A stretch of 64,000 nucleotides of DNA from Candidatus Latescibacterota bacterium (GCA_965262145.1 OZ253501.1:1695366-1759365), one strand, 5' to 3'. Positions 27,327 to 38,126 are shown, counted from the stretch's first letter. The notes: generated from the letters alone by a model not told the origin. A program made the numbers and translations.

Positions 27327-30227
27327 TTATTCAAAAAGCCGTGATTGCACGGGTTCAGTCACAACTGCACTTTCAATGCCTGTCCAGCTTGTGACCAGTT
27401 CGTTATATGCTCGCGCATCCTCTGCCCATCCCTTGCGTTCACAAAGGGTGTAGAGACGATAAGCCAATTGCCGCGTGGCCCCGCGTTGGGACTTCACTGC
27501 TCCAAGTTGAGCACCGGCCACTGTTTCGCCCGATTGTTTTAATGTGCGAATCAAATGATGCAGGGTTTCCCAGATTGGGTTGCGTGAATCTGTGTGTGGA
27601 TTCCAATTGGTGGGATATTCAGACCACCTGTGCAAACGCACCTGCCCCCCGCCAGACGCAATGACCCCGGCATTTTCCACCCCATCGACACTTGTTCCCT
27701 TTGCGCGCGAAAGGGTATCTGCATCGCCATAGGGTCCCTCGCGCCAGCCGTATTGTTCAAACCAGTGCAAGCAGAATTGCGTATCGGCATCAAAATCGTC
27801 TTCAGCCAGGTACCGGTTGATAAGCTGAAGCGCTGTTCGCACGGGCATTGGTGTCCCATCGGCTTCAAGCACAGCCTGGTATTTGGAAAAAACAGCCATT
27901 CCCGGTCCAATGATGGCCTGAGACAAATCCACTGGTGCAACCGGAGACCGATCTTCACCGGCCCCTCGGGTCATCTCATCCAGTGCTTCTGGCAATACCG
28001 CATCTAACTCTCGCAAAAACTCTCGTCGAGAAATAACAGGTGCATCAGCAGAACGCTTTTTGCAAACGAGAATGATGCTGGAGGCGAGGGCATTGGTACC
28101 TGCTGCAATCTGGCGAGACTTCATTTCAGTACGCATCGGCCAGGTGCCCGAAAGCTGAAATCCTGCTTGATCAACAGCTTCTAAAAAGGTCTCCCAGCCG
28201 GTGGAAGTTGTGCCCCCGTTGGCTTTTTTTTCCGCCTGCTTGAAGGCATAGTAGATGGTAACGGGAAAACCGGGGTGTGCTTGCTCTGCCAGCCGTTGCA
28301 TCGCCTTTGTCATCCCGCCCATGAAGAATGCCTCTGCCTCATCATTACTGTTGTGGCGGTAGCGCATGGCAACCAATTCATCGGCCTTGGGCGTGGCGAG
28401 TGTGGCAAATAGGTCGGGAAATACCGAGCGTAGCGAACGGCGCAGCCAGATGTAGAAGAAGTCCGAAAGATCAGCGTAGCAGATGTTGTCGTAGTAAGGC
28501 GGATCGGTGGATATGATCATTCCATTTGACAAGTCCTGTGTCTGAGCGTCTGCCTGAACGGCAAAACCAGAAGTATTGATCTCAAGAGGAATACCCTTGA
28601 TCACTCCGGCAACTGAGATTTTGTAGTCACCTGCTGCACCTGCAAAGGGATTTACATCTGGGAAATCCCAAGTCATTGGAATGGCTTGGCGGGCGAATGC
28701 TGTCACGGTTTGTTCTCTTCCTGGTGTCCAACGTGCGATCGTACAAAGCGTGTTGCTCATGCGATCTACAGCAAAAGCCAGGTACACCCCCATCGCTTCT
28801 GCATACGCCGTTGCACCATTGCCGCCATCGCGCAGAGGGCTGTCGTCGTCAGGTAAACCGGCAGCGGTAGCATCGCGCTTGACTTGCTCCATTGCATCTT
28901 GTATCAGGTCGCTAAAAGTTGTGAGAGCGACGAGTTGGCGGGAGGTGAAAAGATCGGCCCATGTGAAGAAGCCGTAACCTCGGCCGCTAACCAAGTTGGG
29001 GGTATCGCGATTCATTGGTTCGTCCGGCTTCCACTTCGGTTTCGCCTCGTGTGCGATGGCTTCCATTTCCGGTGTAGGTGATAGGTACACCCGCCCGCGG
29101 TCGCCCGAGGCCACAATTGCCATGAGCCGTGCGCCCATGCGCCCGCCCATGCTCTCGGCCTTGATGTGGTTGCTCGACATCGGTGCGCCGGATAGCAAGC
29201 AACGGAAGGTTGACCCGCGTCCGAGTTTTGTTCCGGCTTTGGCTGCATCTGGATCCTTTGGCTTGCCTACTTTTAAGATGAAGTGATAGGCGTCTCCTTT
29301 GATGACTGGCTCTATGTAGGCTTCTTTTTTGTTCTTGGTGGAGAGCATAAAGGTCGAAATCAGGGGTACATCTACATGGGCAAAGGCCGGGTTTGGGCTT
29401 TTTACCGTGCGCGCCCACAGCCATGCGATGACTGTGAGTTTGCGTCCCGCGTACTGTTTCAGATCTGACCTTTTGGCGACCATCTCTTCTGTGATGGCGA
29501 TTTTTGGGTACAGATGGCCGATGCGTTTTTCGGCCTGGTCACGCATCCATTTGCCATAGTAGCGCACATCCTCGGCAAGGCCCGTTGCGCCTTTCCACCG
29601 CGCTTTTTGGGCGAGATTTTTCTGCATATCTGGGTTTACTGGCGGTCTGTTAGAAAATTTTGGTGGGATCTCGATCATTGCTTTGTTGATGAGCACAGCA
29701 ACGGGATTGAGGTCTGAGGCGTATGCTTTCAGGCCAAGGCGTTGCGCTTCCAGCGGGATTGCACCTCCGCCTGCAAACGGATCATGCAGGGCAGGGAGTT
29801 TGTCCGGGTTGAACAATTCGGCAGCCTGTGGGTGGTCTTTGTTGAGTTCACACACTTCTCGCCATGACCGACGGATCTCAACCCTTGCCTTTTCCAATAC
29901 TTCCTCGTTTGTGGTGTTTTCCCACCGTACGAGTTCTTCAATGATTTTGAATAGCCGTTTCCGCTCAATAGCGGCGTCCTTTTTATTCACGCCATATTTG
30001 AATCCGTCTCCTTGCTGGTATCCCGGGTCATTCACAAGCTGTGCAAAGATAACCGCGCGTGCCGCAGCAAGTGGTCGCCGTGCCCACCACAGATGCAGGG
30101 TGCTGGGGTGTCCATGTCGAATAGATTTTTCGCGTGCCGCTGCCGCGTTGATCGCGTCCAGAGGTAGCGCAACTTCAATGAGTTTCCTGGGTATTTTGAC
30201 ATTCTGATACATACCTGCTCGTTTCAT
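27327..30227 (-). CDS. DUF1156-family N6-adenine DNA methyltransferase
   Basis: DUF1156 N-terminal signature '[12 protein letters not shown]…[27 protein letters not shown]'. Catalytic motif IV 'DPPYYD'. ~966 aa. Start chosen at M15; M20 is also possible. Confidence 0.8.
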   Translation of the reverse strand: MKRAGMYQNVKIPRKLIEVALPLDAINAAAAREKSIRHGHPSTLHLWWARRPLAAARAVIFAQLVNDPGYQQGDGFKYGVNKKDAAIERKRLFKIIEELVRWENTTNEEVLEKARVEIRRSWREVCELNKDHPQAAELFNPDKLPALHDPFAGGGAIPLEAQRLGLKAYASDLNPVAVLINKAMIEIPPKFSNRPPVNPDMQKNLAQKARWKGATGLAEDVRYYGKWMRDQAEKRIGHLYPKIAITEEMVAKRSDLKQYAGRKLTVIAWLWARTVKSPNPAFAHVDVPLISTFMLSTKNKKEAYIEPVIKGDAYHFILKVGKPKDPDAAKAGTKLGRGSTFRCLLSGAPMSSNHIKAESMGGRMGARLMAIVASGDRGRVYLSPTPEMEAIAHEAKPKWKPDEPMNRDTPNLVSGRGYGFFTWADLFTSRQLVALTTFSDLIQDAMEQVKRDATAAGLPDDDSPLRDGGNGATAYAEAMGVYLAFAVDRMSNTLCTIARWTPGREQTVTAFARQAIPMTWDFPDVNPFAGAAGDYKISVAGVIKGIPLEINTSGFAVQADAQTQDLSNGMIISTDPPYYDNICYADLSDFFYIWLRRSLRSVFPDLFATLATPKADELVAMRYRHNSNDEAEAFFMGGMTKAMQRLAEQAHPGFPVTIYYAFKQAEKKANGGTTSTGWETFLEAVDQAGFQLSGTWPMRTEMKSRQIAAGTNALASSIILVCKKRSADAPVISRREFLRELDAVLPEALDEMTRGAGEDRSPVAPVDLSQAIIGPGMAVFSKYQAVLEADGTPMPVRTALQLINRYLAEDDFDADTQFCLHWFEQYGWREGPYGDADTLSRAKGTSVDGVENAGVIASGGGQVRLHRWSEYPTNWNPHTDSRNPIWETLHHLIRTLKQSGETVAGAQLGAVKSQRGATRQLAYRLYTLCERKGWAEDARAYNELVTSWTGIESAVVTEPVQSRLFE

Positions 30228-30272
30228 TTTGTGTGGGTGGTGGTTCCTGTTCGATTGGCAGTCTCTCAATGG

Positions 30273-30701
30273 TCATTCTTCAGGTAAGTTGGGACGCTCG
30301 CGCCAGCGCGAGGCATCTGCGAGTTCTTGTGCATGCCGCTTTTGTTCTTCCCTGTCTTCAGCTGTAAGCTCTGGTAGGCGAATATCCGCATGATACGGAT
30401 TATTATCGAGCGGAGAGGCAATGGCCTGCCGTCCATTGCAGTCAGCTTCCTCAGCGGTAAGGAAGGCCCATCCGTAGAAAGTGGCACTAGGTGTACGTGC
30501 TGCGCCTACATTATCAGCAATTGCAACTGCCTCTTTCGCTGGTGCGATACTGAGTCTGTCAACCGAAATGTCGGTTTGGCCCTCTTTTTCTAAAAAAGCA
30601 TTATGTGAGACTCTGGATCGCCGCGCACGCTTCGCCTCCCTACTTGAAAACATACTACGCCCGAGTTCCTCCGCCGGTGCGATGTTATTCGGAATATTCA
30701 T
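30273..30701 (-). CDS. Hypothetical protein (142 aa), cargo gene inside the defence island
   Basis: Open frame with good coding periodicity, 46 nt downstream of the lower-GC pair. I recognise no family. Confidence 0.4.
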   Translation of the reverse strand: MNIPNNIAPAEELGRSMFSSREAKRARRSRVSHNAFLEKEGQTDISVDRLSIAPAKEAVAIADNVGAARTPSATFYGWAFLTAEEADCNGRQAIASPLDNNPYHADIRLPELTAEDREEQKRHAQELADASRWRERPNLPEE

Positions 30702-30715
30702 GAAATTTTATCATC

Positions 30716-31423
30716 CTACTGATGCAACTCGATTAGAGCTTCACGCACAAAGCCGTCGGGAAGTGTACTGGTAGTGTCATAACGGGCGCGTCTATGATTG
30801 CCGTTCATGTTGACCAGACACAGCGCACCGCCTGCGGAATCGCATAGTAACAAAACTGACCGTCCGTGCCCGCCCGGAGCATCAATGGCAATCTCGCCAT
30901 CCGGTGTGGGATATACCTCGAAACGACGGGGTGAAATCAAGTACATCTCTCTCAACAAGCGCTCCGCATTTTCCAAAGCCATTTCGGATGGCACAGGGAA
31001 CCCTTCTTCAAGTGCTTCGTCCTTTGCCTCCTGAAGATCGTACAGTGCATCGTACAGTTCAGGATTGAGTGTCTTCTCAATTGCTTCGTAAAAATCACGG
31101 AATGCGTTGGCCCGTTCAAAGTTGTATGCCTTCGCAATTCGACTAATTAGAAGATTATAGATATCGGAACTCGATGTATCGGGTTCGATACTATAACTAG
31201 GCGAAAGCAATAATGTTTCTAAGTCTTTTGACTCTTTTGCAGGCTCATTTAAAATAGCCTCTAATATAGACTGACTATTAATTAGTCCCTCCTCAGTCTT
31301 GCTAATCCAATCTGTCGAATAGCCAAATATATTCATATCGTCCGGGGTAGTTCCGGTATCCGGACTATCTAATAGCCCGATGTTTTTGTACAGCATTAAT
31401 GTGGGAGAACTGAAAGTTGTCAT
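30716..31423 (-). CDS. Hypothetical protein (235 aa), lower-GC cargo gene
   Basis: 4-bp ATGA overlap with the upstream ORF. No recognisable motifs. Visibly AT-richer than the flanks. Confidence 0.4.
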   Translation of the reverse strand: MTTFSSPTLMLYKNIGLLDSPDTGTTPDDMNIFGYSTDWISKTEEGLINSQSILEAILNEPAKESKDLETLLLSPSYSIEPDTSSSDIYNLLISRIAKAYNFERANAFRDFYEAIEKTLNPELYDALYDLQEAKDEALEEGFPVPSEMALENAERLLREMYLISPRRFEVYPTPDGEIAIDAPGGHGRSVLLLCDSAGGALCLVNMNGNHRRARYDTTSTLPDGFVREALIELHQ

Positions 31424-32127
31424 GATTTAGACTCCTGGAAATTGAACTTTTTTACCAGCGCATCAAAATCAGATAAATCATTTTTCCACAATGTAAGAAT
31501 GTCTGAAATTATGTTGATACGGTCTTGCTGATCCATTGTTGATGGTATATCTCGATGAATATTTGCTTGAAACAGCATAATAGGGATTTCTGGATCATCA
31601 TTTTTTTTCTTCGTTGTTTCAGCGATATCCAAGACAATCTTTCTTGTGTCATATTGATATATCGTTTTCAAATGAACCTCCGGTGTAACGTCCTTGAATG
31701 ACATCTCCGCACTTTTGATTAGGATATTAGAAACTTTTTCTGGAACTTCAGCAGATAAATACCTGTAACCTTTGGGATTGATACCAATAGCACTATAAGG
31801 GACATGAGGCACTTTCTCCATATAACGTTTCGCTATTTCCGGACACAGAATATCTTCTGGCGCCAAAGAGTCTCCCGTTTGCAGAAAAGTTACGCGATCA
31901 GGTAACGCCTGCACGATGATACCTCTCTCAAATTTCACTTGCGAAAAGAGCGGACTTGAAATTGGATTACCTTGCAGCGACAGGTCGGCATTCACGATTT
32001 CATTGTGACGCAAAAAGTCCGGGTTAATGATTGAGGGATTGTTTGACTGAGCAACTAAAACAACAGCAACCTCACCCAGTTTAACGCTCTTATCACTTTT
32101 TTCGTCCAGCAATTTCTCCTGTGTCAT
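31420..32127 (-). CDS. Hypothetical protein (235 aa), lower-GC cargo gene, first gene of a two-gene operon
   Basis: Open frame, translationally coupled to 30716..31423. Its own upstream intergenic region (32128-32279) carries an imperfect palindrome. Confidence 0.4.
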   Translation of the reverse strand: MTQEKLLDEKSDKSVKLGEVAVVLVAQSNNPSIINPDFLRHNEIVNADLSLQGNPISSPLFSQVKFERGIIVQALPDRVTFLQTGDSLAPEDILCPEIAKRYMEKVPHVPYSAIGINPKGYRYLSAEVPEKVSNILIKSAEMSFKDVTPEVHLKTIYQYDTRKIVLDIAETTKKKNDDPEIPIMLFQANIHRDIPSTMDQQDRINIISDILTLWKNDLSDFDALVKKFNFQESKS

Positions 32128-32224
32128 GATTGACCTCTCTTTTTAGTAGAATCGGCTGACCGCCGAACTACATCTCACTGCGAAATGGATCAACAGATAG
32201 TCATAATTTTTTGACTCCCGCCCA

Positions 32225-32253
32225 CCTATTGTAGAATTTGTCCACAATGTAGG
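32225..32253. promoter_or_regulatory. Imperfect palindrome CCTATTGTAG-aatttgtc-CACAATGTAGG in the promoter region of the lower-GC operon
   Basis: Read directly. TTGT…ACAA arms. Possible operator. Confidence 0.3.
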
Positions 32254-32279
32254 TGTATTTCAGTCATCTCCCGCGTCTC

Positions 32280-32762
32280 TCAGCTCAGCACTTGTGCCAG
32301 AGAGGTCCCACATTTAATTCTCTGAACGATTACTGATCTCCCGCGAAACTGGACTTTGTTGGACTTGTTTCTCAGTCGTCTTTGCTCAATTTTCGAAATC
32401 CTACCCGATGCAACAACCGGGGTAAAATTCGTATTTGCGTTATGTGGAATAATCTGATTGGCGACATCAGCACCAGCCTGAAGTTGCTTTGCGACCGCAC
32501 TGGCACTGACCCCACCTGATTTCAGTTCTATGGGTACGGTCCACGGACTTCCATCTGTATCGTCTAAATATCCGAGAAACAGGTAGTCGCATCGCGTTTC
32601 ATGCTGGCTCGGAGGTGAACTGGGAGAATCCATGTGGATCAGGACGAATTGACGCGAAACCCCCTTGAGAAAAATCGAACACTTTCCCGCTCTACACTGC
32701 TTTCTCAGGCATCGAGCATCCAATTTCCCTCGTACCGATTCCATCATCGTCATCTGGTTCAA
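32280..32762 (-). CDS. Small putative PD-(D/E)xK-like nuclease / Cys-cluster protein, partner of the AAA_21 ATPase
   Basis: 160 aa. 'LIHMD…CDYLFLGY…PIELKSG' fits a D…D…ExK arrangement. N-terminal CxxxxCxxxxC. ATGA overlap with the ATPase stop. Confidence 0.35.
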   Translation of the reverse strand: MNQMTMMESVRGKLDARCLRKQCRAGKCSIFLKGVSRQFVLIHMDSPSSPPSQHETRCDYLFLGYLDDTDGSPWTVPIELKSGGVSASAVAKQLQAGADVANQIIPHNANTNFTPVVASGRISKIEQRRLRNKSNKVQFRGRSVIVQRIKCGTSLAQVLS

Positions 32763-34291
32763 CTTTCCTCAATTCGGTTGGAGATTGTTGCCCAATCGTT
32801 GTGGGTACCAATCGCAATGTCGTCATAATCAGATCGGAATCCACCATAATCCACATCAAGGGGCATCTCCTTCACTATCGAACCCTTGGGGCGTTTTTTT
32901 GGCTCGAATAGCCAGGCGCCTACCTGGTCGGGACTGAGCGCGTAATCCGCCCCACCGACCCCTTTTCTCCGAGATTCAGGTAGATCGGATAGACGTACCA
33001 AGTTAGCGAGTTCTTCCAGTACCCATTCGCTATGTGTGGTAATGATGACCCGTATGCCGGAACGCACCGCCGCAGCGAGGTGCCGAATGAACGCGACCTG
33101 CATTCCGGGGTGTAAGTGGGATTCGGGTTCTTCGATGATCAGGACTTCCCCAGGGGAGACGACATGGCGCAGGTACAATACGACGGGCGCGAGTTCCGAT
33201 ACCATTGACGAAGTATTCATCAATTGCATGTCTTCTTTCCATCCTGTTGGTTGGTAGGAAAATACCGGGTAGCCAGTAGATGAATTTTCGATGCGAATTG
33301 ATCCACTCAGGATTTCTTTTTCGAGACGTTGGGTGAGATTCTCATTTAGCCTTTTCTTTTTCCTTGCCAAATCGCCCAAGTCAAGGAGTTGTTCGATGAA
33401 GTCGGCGAGAACGCCAGACAACTCAGGTAATGCTCGTTCGGGGCGAAGACCCGCACGCGACGCACCTTGGATCAAAGAACCTACGACGACTTTGTGCGCG
33501 TGCATGACGCCCGCGCGGTCTGCGGGGAGATAATAGGCAGGCCGACTCATTGGATTCGCGAAGTAAGAAACGACGTTACCAAAAAGGTTATCTATCAATG
33601 CAGCCGCCGCCAAAAACCTTCTTTCTCTACTATCTGGCCATTTTGGTTCGAAATTTTTTATTCGGGATGTGATTTGGATATACTCCTCAATGGCGCCTTT
33701 TCCGATCTGCAAAGGTGCTGTGTCGGGAATTGAAGCGATGAAAGCCTTTTTTGTAATATTGAATTTATACAATGAACTGTTGTTGTACCTCGCTTCTGAT
33801 GAGCCTGGCGTTTTTGAAAGTAGAGCGACCTTCGCGCTTTCCTTATTTGCATGGCGAATAAGCTTTCTGGTCTCGTCAATACCAAAACACCGCATTATTT
33901 CAGGGGCGAGATCATCGCCGAGGAGAACATCACTGAGCATAGGACGGATCAGCGATGCAATTACGTCTGGTACAGGAAAATCCTCTGACGAACCCTTTAT
34001 TTTCATTTGCGAAACGATTTGGTCCGCTCCGTCAATCAAACGCGCGATATTTTCCTCGGATATCGCCTGCTCGTATAATAAACCTCTACGAGAAGAAAAA
34101 TAAGGACGTCTTGTTGTCCTGCGGCTATTAAAAAACTTATGCAGCGCGTAGATCAAAATCGCCAGATAAGATTTTCCCGTATTGCTCGGTCCGACAAATA
34201 CGGTGAGTGGGCGCAGTTCGATTTCTGCACTATAAATCGGTCCGAAATCCCTGACCGATAGCATCAGATTTCTGTTTTCTGATGTCGCCAT
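32759..34291 (-). CDS. AAA_15/AAA_21 (OLD/ABC-like) ATPase of abortive-infection-type two-gene modules
   Basis: Walker A 'GPSNTGKSYL'. Walker B / H-loop 'VLIIEEPESHLHP' … 'ITTHS'. ATG 34291 is preceded by AGGAGG. Confidence 0.75.
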   Translation of the reverse strand: MATSENRNLMLSVRDFGPIYSAEIELRPLTVFVGPSNTGKSYLAILIYALHKFFNSRRTTRRPYFSSRRGLLYEQAISEENIARLIDGADQIVSQMKIKGSSEDFPVPDVIASLIRPMLSDVLLGDDLAPEIMRCFGIDETRKLIRHANKESAKVALLSKTPGSSEARYNNSSLYKFNITKKAFIASIPDTAPLQIGKGAIEEYIQITSRIKNFEPKWPDSRERRFLAAAALIDNLFGNVVSYFANPMSRPAYYLPADRAGVMHAHKVVVGSLIQGASRAGLRPERALPELSGVLADFIEQLLDLGDLARKKKRLNENLTQRLEKEILSGSIRIENSSTGYPVFSYQPTGWKEDMQLMNTSSMVSELAPVVLYLRHVVSPGEVLIIEEPESHLHPGMQVAFIRHLAAAVRSGIRVIITTHSEWVLEELANLVRLSDLPESRRKGVGGADYALSPDQVGAWLFEPKKRPKGSIVKEMPLDVDYGGFRSDYDDIAIGTHNDWATISNRIEES

Positions 34292-34320
34292 TGTTGCCTC
34301 CTCTGAATATCCTGGATGGC

Positions 34321-35103
34321 TTATTGGGCAGGTGTACCTTTTTGGAGCAACGTTTTTAGATCGAAGTTGACAGATGAAACGCCCCAACCTGGTTCGGTGT
34401 CAAAGGGGTTGCGAATATAATAGGGGCCATCTACGGTGTCGTCTTCATCCACGAGTACAATCGCGAGTAAGAATTTGTTGGCTTGATTGAGTGCATAAAG
34501 GATTTCATTACGAGATATAGTCACGGTGGTTGCACCTTTCACACGGCCTTTCACTTCTATGTGTCGAACTTCGTTGGTTACTTCATCATCAACGGTGGTA
34601 TAAGATGTGATATCCCATCCGCATTTCTGTGCCGAAACATCTATGACGCGACATCCGCGTTGTTTTTCCACTTGAATTACAGTATCCATTGCAATGCGTT
34701 CAATACGCGCGCGTGCCTGTGCATCAACAGCAAAAGTGGATTTCCCTTCTTCTGGTAGTTCGCCGCGCAATTTGCGAAGTAAGCCCACGGGAACGACGAG
34801 CGCACCTCCAAGGGCAACGGGTGTCGCAGATGTGACGTGCCGCATGGCCTGGAGTTCCTTTTTTCGATTTTCCAAACGTCCTTCAAGATCGCTCACCATA
34901 CGTCTTGCTCTTTCGAGAGGGAGGCGCACGTCTTTACCCATTTCTGCGTCTTCTTTGAGTTTGAGCCAGCGGTCCGACAAAAATTCGATTTCTCTGGTCA
35001 AGCGTTCATGAACAGCGGCGAGGGTCTTATCTACCCCGAAAAATTCATAAAATCTGAGAAATTGGCGTAAATACTGGACTTCCCAGTTATTGCATCGAAA
35101 CAA
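34321..35103 (-). CDS. DUF3883-like restriction-endonuclease-fold domain protein (stand-alone), encoded in-frame downstream of the SNF2 helicase
   Basis: C-terminal '[19 protein letters not shown]…[11 protein letters not shown]…' is a PD-(D/E)xK-like core (D…E-V-K) typical of DUF3883. TTG start. Confidence 0.5.
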   Translation of the reverse strand: MFRCNNWEVQYLRQFLRFYEFFGVDKTLAAVHERLTREIEFLSDRWLKLKEDAEMGKDVRLPLERARRMVSDLEGRLENRKKELQAMRHVTSATPVALGGALVVPVGLLRKLRGELPEEGKSTFAVDAQARARIERIAMDTVIQVEKQRGCRVIDVSAQKCGWDITSYTTVDDEVTNEVRHIEVKGRVKGATTVTISRNEILYALNQANKFLLAIVLVDEDDTVDGPYYIRNPFDTEPGWGVSSVNFDLKTLLQKGTPAQ

Positions 35104-35157
35104 ATATTTTTGGCCTAAATTTCATAACCATTTGTAAAAAATAAAATTATGGAAATT

Positions 35158-37986
35158 TTAAGCAAATTCATGAATTAGTCGGGCTACATGTTCAATCCGT
35201 CGTTGGGCTACTTCTCCATAATGTTCGGGCACCAGTGTTTCGGCGGCTAATGCCAATGCGCGTTGTTCATGATCTGTACAAATCCACGGTTCAGCGAGCA
35301 CATCTTTGAGCAAGTCGCGGTCACCATCTGAAATGGGTTCTAAATCGAGATGTGGTGCCCATCCTGCAAAAGCAGCAGAACCGTCGGGCGCAACACGTAC
35401 AAATTGTAAGCGTTTAGACAATGTCCTGTCAACATCTCCTTTGATTTCATGTGTGAGTAGAAAAAGCAAATGGGGTTCTATGCCTTCATCGGTGGGATCG
35501 ACGAGCACTGTACCTTGCCGTAGCAAATTGCCGTGACGCTCCAACAATACATCGCTGGCAGCCAACATCAACGGATGGCCGGGGTGCAACATCGCCGCGA
35601 AAGGCGCATTGGGCTTATCAACGAGACGAACAGCCTCTTTAGTAAAGCAGACTCGTTCGTATTTTTTCAGTACGGGCGCTATATCGCGACGGTTACGACC
35701 CGTTATCATTCGGTCTCGATCCCGAATTGCAACAGGAACATGTGTAATTTCAAAACGGGCAGCTTCCCGTTGATAAATAACGCCTCCTAAGGACTCAAAA
35801 GCTTTTAAGAAAAAGGAACGCACAAAATAGGGCTGAAGTCGTCTGGCCTCGGCTTTTTCCATTTCTTCTTTGACCGCAAAGAGGCGTTCGGGATGCATTG
35901 TTTCTTTTGCAAGTGCGTTGCGGTGGAGAATAGCGAGTATGTGTTCGCGGTCAAAGGCGTGATCGACCTTTTGATTCAAGCTTGCCCGGATTTCGGGCTG
36001 ATCGCCATATCTGATCGCATTAAGCAAAAGGTCTTTCAGGCTAACGCCTTCAAATACTTCGCCCAAAATGTCAAATACCCGACCTTGTAGAGCCGAACTC
36101 TCAACTTCCAGTTTTTGCAAAAGCCGGTGATACACATCGCCTTCACGGGTCTCTCTGGCTACCAGATTCCAAAGATGACATACATCTTGTTGTCCAATGC
36201 GATGTATGCGCCCAAAACGCTGTTCCAGACGGTTGGGATTCCACGGCAAATCGTAATTCACCATCAGATTGGCATTCTGAAGGTTCACGCCTTCTCCGGC
36301 GGCATCTGTTGCAACGAGGATACGCACTTCGGGGTCGGAGCGGAACCGAGCCTGGACGCGCAAACGCTCGTCGTGTTGAATACCACCGTGAATGGTGACG
36401 ACTGAATTGGGATTCCCCAGCACACCTGCAATTTTATTTTGCAGATAGTTGATGGTATCGCGGTGCTCAGAAAAAACGATCAGCTTGCGCAAATTTCCAT
36501 CTGTATCGCGTATAGCCTGGTCCTGCTGCAAAATGCGCGAAAGCTCGTCCCATTTGCGATCTCGCTCGGAATGCACAACTGCTTCGGCCTGATTTTCCAG
36601 TTTTTTTAAAATATCTATTTCTTGCGCCAATTCTGTAACTGTCCGTGCAGCAGTCGCCTGATCTACAAGTGTCTCTTCCAGATTTTCTTGCTCTTCGGCA
36701 TTGAGTTCATCGTCGTCTTCGGGAATGTCCGCAAGAAGCTCAGCAAGATTTTTTGGCTTGTGCATACCCAATTTTTCTTCGCGCAAACGGCTTTCCAATC
36801 GTTCTTTTCTGCGCTTAAGCGACTGGAAAATTGCTTCGGGACTCGAGGCGAGACGGCGTTGTAATATTGTTAATGCAAATCCAACTGAGCCTTTGCGTTT
36901 GCTATCGAGTTGATCTGCCTTGCCCATTTCAGTTTGCACATAGTGTGTCACTGCCTCGTAAAGCGTGGCCTCAATATCCGAGAGTGTATAATTTACCGTA
37001 TATGCTTTGCGTTCGGGAAATAACGGTGTGCCATCAAACTTAAACATTTCCTCTTTGACCATTCGGCGCATCAAATCCGAGTAATCGACTTTGTGAACTC
37101 CATCTCGAAATTTACCATAAAATCGGTCTGAATCCAGCAATGAGAGGAAAAGCTGAAAATCTTCTTCTTTGCCGTTGTGGGGCGTTGCCGTTAGGAATAG
37201 AAGATGCCGTGTGTGCTCACCTACTTTTTCCGCTAAAAGAAAGCGTTTTGTGCGTTCAATTTCGCGTCCATAAAAATGTGCCGAAAGTTTATGCGCTTCA
37301 TCAAAGACTACCAGATCCCAGGGTTCAAGACACAGTTTTTGTTGATAGTCTTCATTGCGTGCCATCTGGTCGAGCCGGACAATGAGATGATCGTGGACTT
37401 CAAATGGGTTGCGGCCAGGAGAAGTGGCTTCGAGTTCTTTTGAAAAAATGCGAAATTCCAGACCGAATTTTTCATACAACTCATCGCGCCACTGTTCAAC
37501 GAGATTCCCGGGTGCTACAATTAGAATACGGCGTGCATCTGCACGCATAAGCAATTCGCGGATGTAGAGGCCCGCCATAATGGTCTTCCCCGCACCGGGA
37601 TCGTCAGCCAGAATATAGCGCAGGGGTTGCCGGGGTAGCAGGGACTCATAAACTGCTGTTATCTGATGTGGAAGTGGCTCCACATTTGACGTGTGGACAG
37701 CCATCATCGGATCAAAGAGAAAAGCCAGATCAATACGTTTGGCTTCGACCGCGAGTTTAAAGGCTTCGCCATCCCCATCAAATGACCATGGACGCTCCTG
37801 TGTGGCAAGCGCAATATTTTCCTCATCCGCTCGATTCAGCAAGCGTTCTTTGAGCGTGCCATCGGGTGTTTTGTAGATAAGCGTTACAGAATCTTCAGTA
37901 ATGGGTATTACCGCGACGACAGAGACAACACTTGACGGTTCAATACCCACAAGGGAGTTACCCACAGATAAGTCTTCGATTCGCAT
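35158..37986 (-). CDS. SNF2-family helicase of the DUF499/DUF1156 defence system
   Basis: Motif I 'DDPGAGKT', motif II 'VVFDEAHKL', motif VI '[11 protein letters not shown]'. Start chosen at MRIEDLSV (ATG 37986). The ORF stays open up to 38094. Confidence 0.8.
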   Translation of the reverse strand: MRIEDLSVGNSLVGIEPSSVVSVVAVIPITEDSVTLIYKTPDGTLKERLLNRADEENIALATQERPWSFDGDGEAFKLAVEAKRIDLAFLFDPMMAVHTSNVEPLPHQITAVYESLLPRQPLRYILADDPGAGKTIMAGLYIRELLMRADARRILIVAPGNLVEQWRDELYEKFGLEFRIFSKELEATSPGRNPFEVHDHLIVRLDQMARNEDYQQKLCLEPWDLVVFDEAHKLSAHFYGREIERTKRFLLAEKVGEHTRHLLFLTATPHNGKEEDFQLFLSLLDSDRFYGKFRDGVHKVDYSDLMRRMVKEEMFKFDGTPLFPERKAYTVNYTLSDIEATLYEAVTHYVQTEMGKADQLDSKRKGSVGFALTILQRRLASSPEAIFQSLKRRKERLESRLREEKLGMHKPKNLAELLADIPEDDDELNAEEQENLEETLVDQATAARTVTELAQEIDILKKLENQAEAVVHSERDRKWDELSRILQQDQAIRDTDGNLRKLIVFSEHRDTINYLQNKIAGVLGNPNSVVTIHGGIQHDERLRVQARFRSDPEVRILVATDAAGEGVNLQNANLMVNYDLPWNPNRLEQRFGRIHRIGQQDVCHLWNLVARETREGDVYHRLLQKLEVESSALQGRVFDILGEVFEGVSLKDLLLNAIRYGDQPEIRASLNQKVDHAFDREHILAILHRNALAKETMHPERLFAVKEEMEKAEARRLQPYFVRSFFLKAFESLGGVIYQREAARFEITHVPVAIRDRDRMITGRNRRDIAPVLKKYERVCFTKEAVRLVDKPNAPFAAMLHPGHPLMLAASDVLLERHGNLLRQGTVLVDPTDEGIEPHLLFLLTHEIKGDVDRTLSKRLQFVRVAPDGSAAFAGWAPHLDLEPISDGDRDLLKDVLAEPWICTDHEQRALALAAETLVPEHYGEVAQRRIEHVARLIHEFA

Positions 37987-38126
37987 TAAAATACCTTTAT
38001 TAACAAATTCTATAGCAATCAGCGCATAGGCGTAGCTACGCCACAACGATAGGAATGACAACAAAAAAACTTTCTGGATCGCGGCTAAAACCATGCCGCG
38101 ATGACGGCTCTACAGCGCATGATTCG

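Noticed and set aside
37987-38094. N-terminal 36-codon extension of the SNF2 helicase ORF ([14 protein letters not shown]…)
   Set aside because: It is hydrophobic and atypical for SNF2 helicases, and it would abut the recJ stop. The internal ATG 37986 with an AAAGG RBS is preferred, though the true start remains uncertain.
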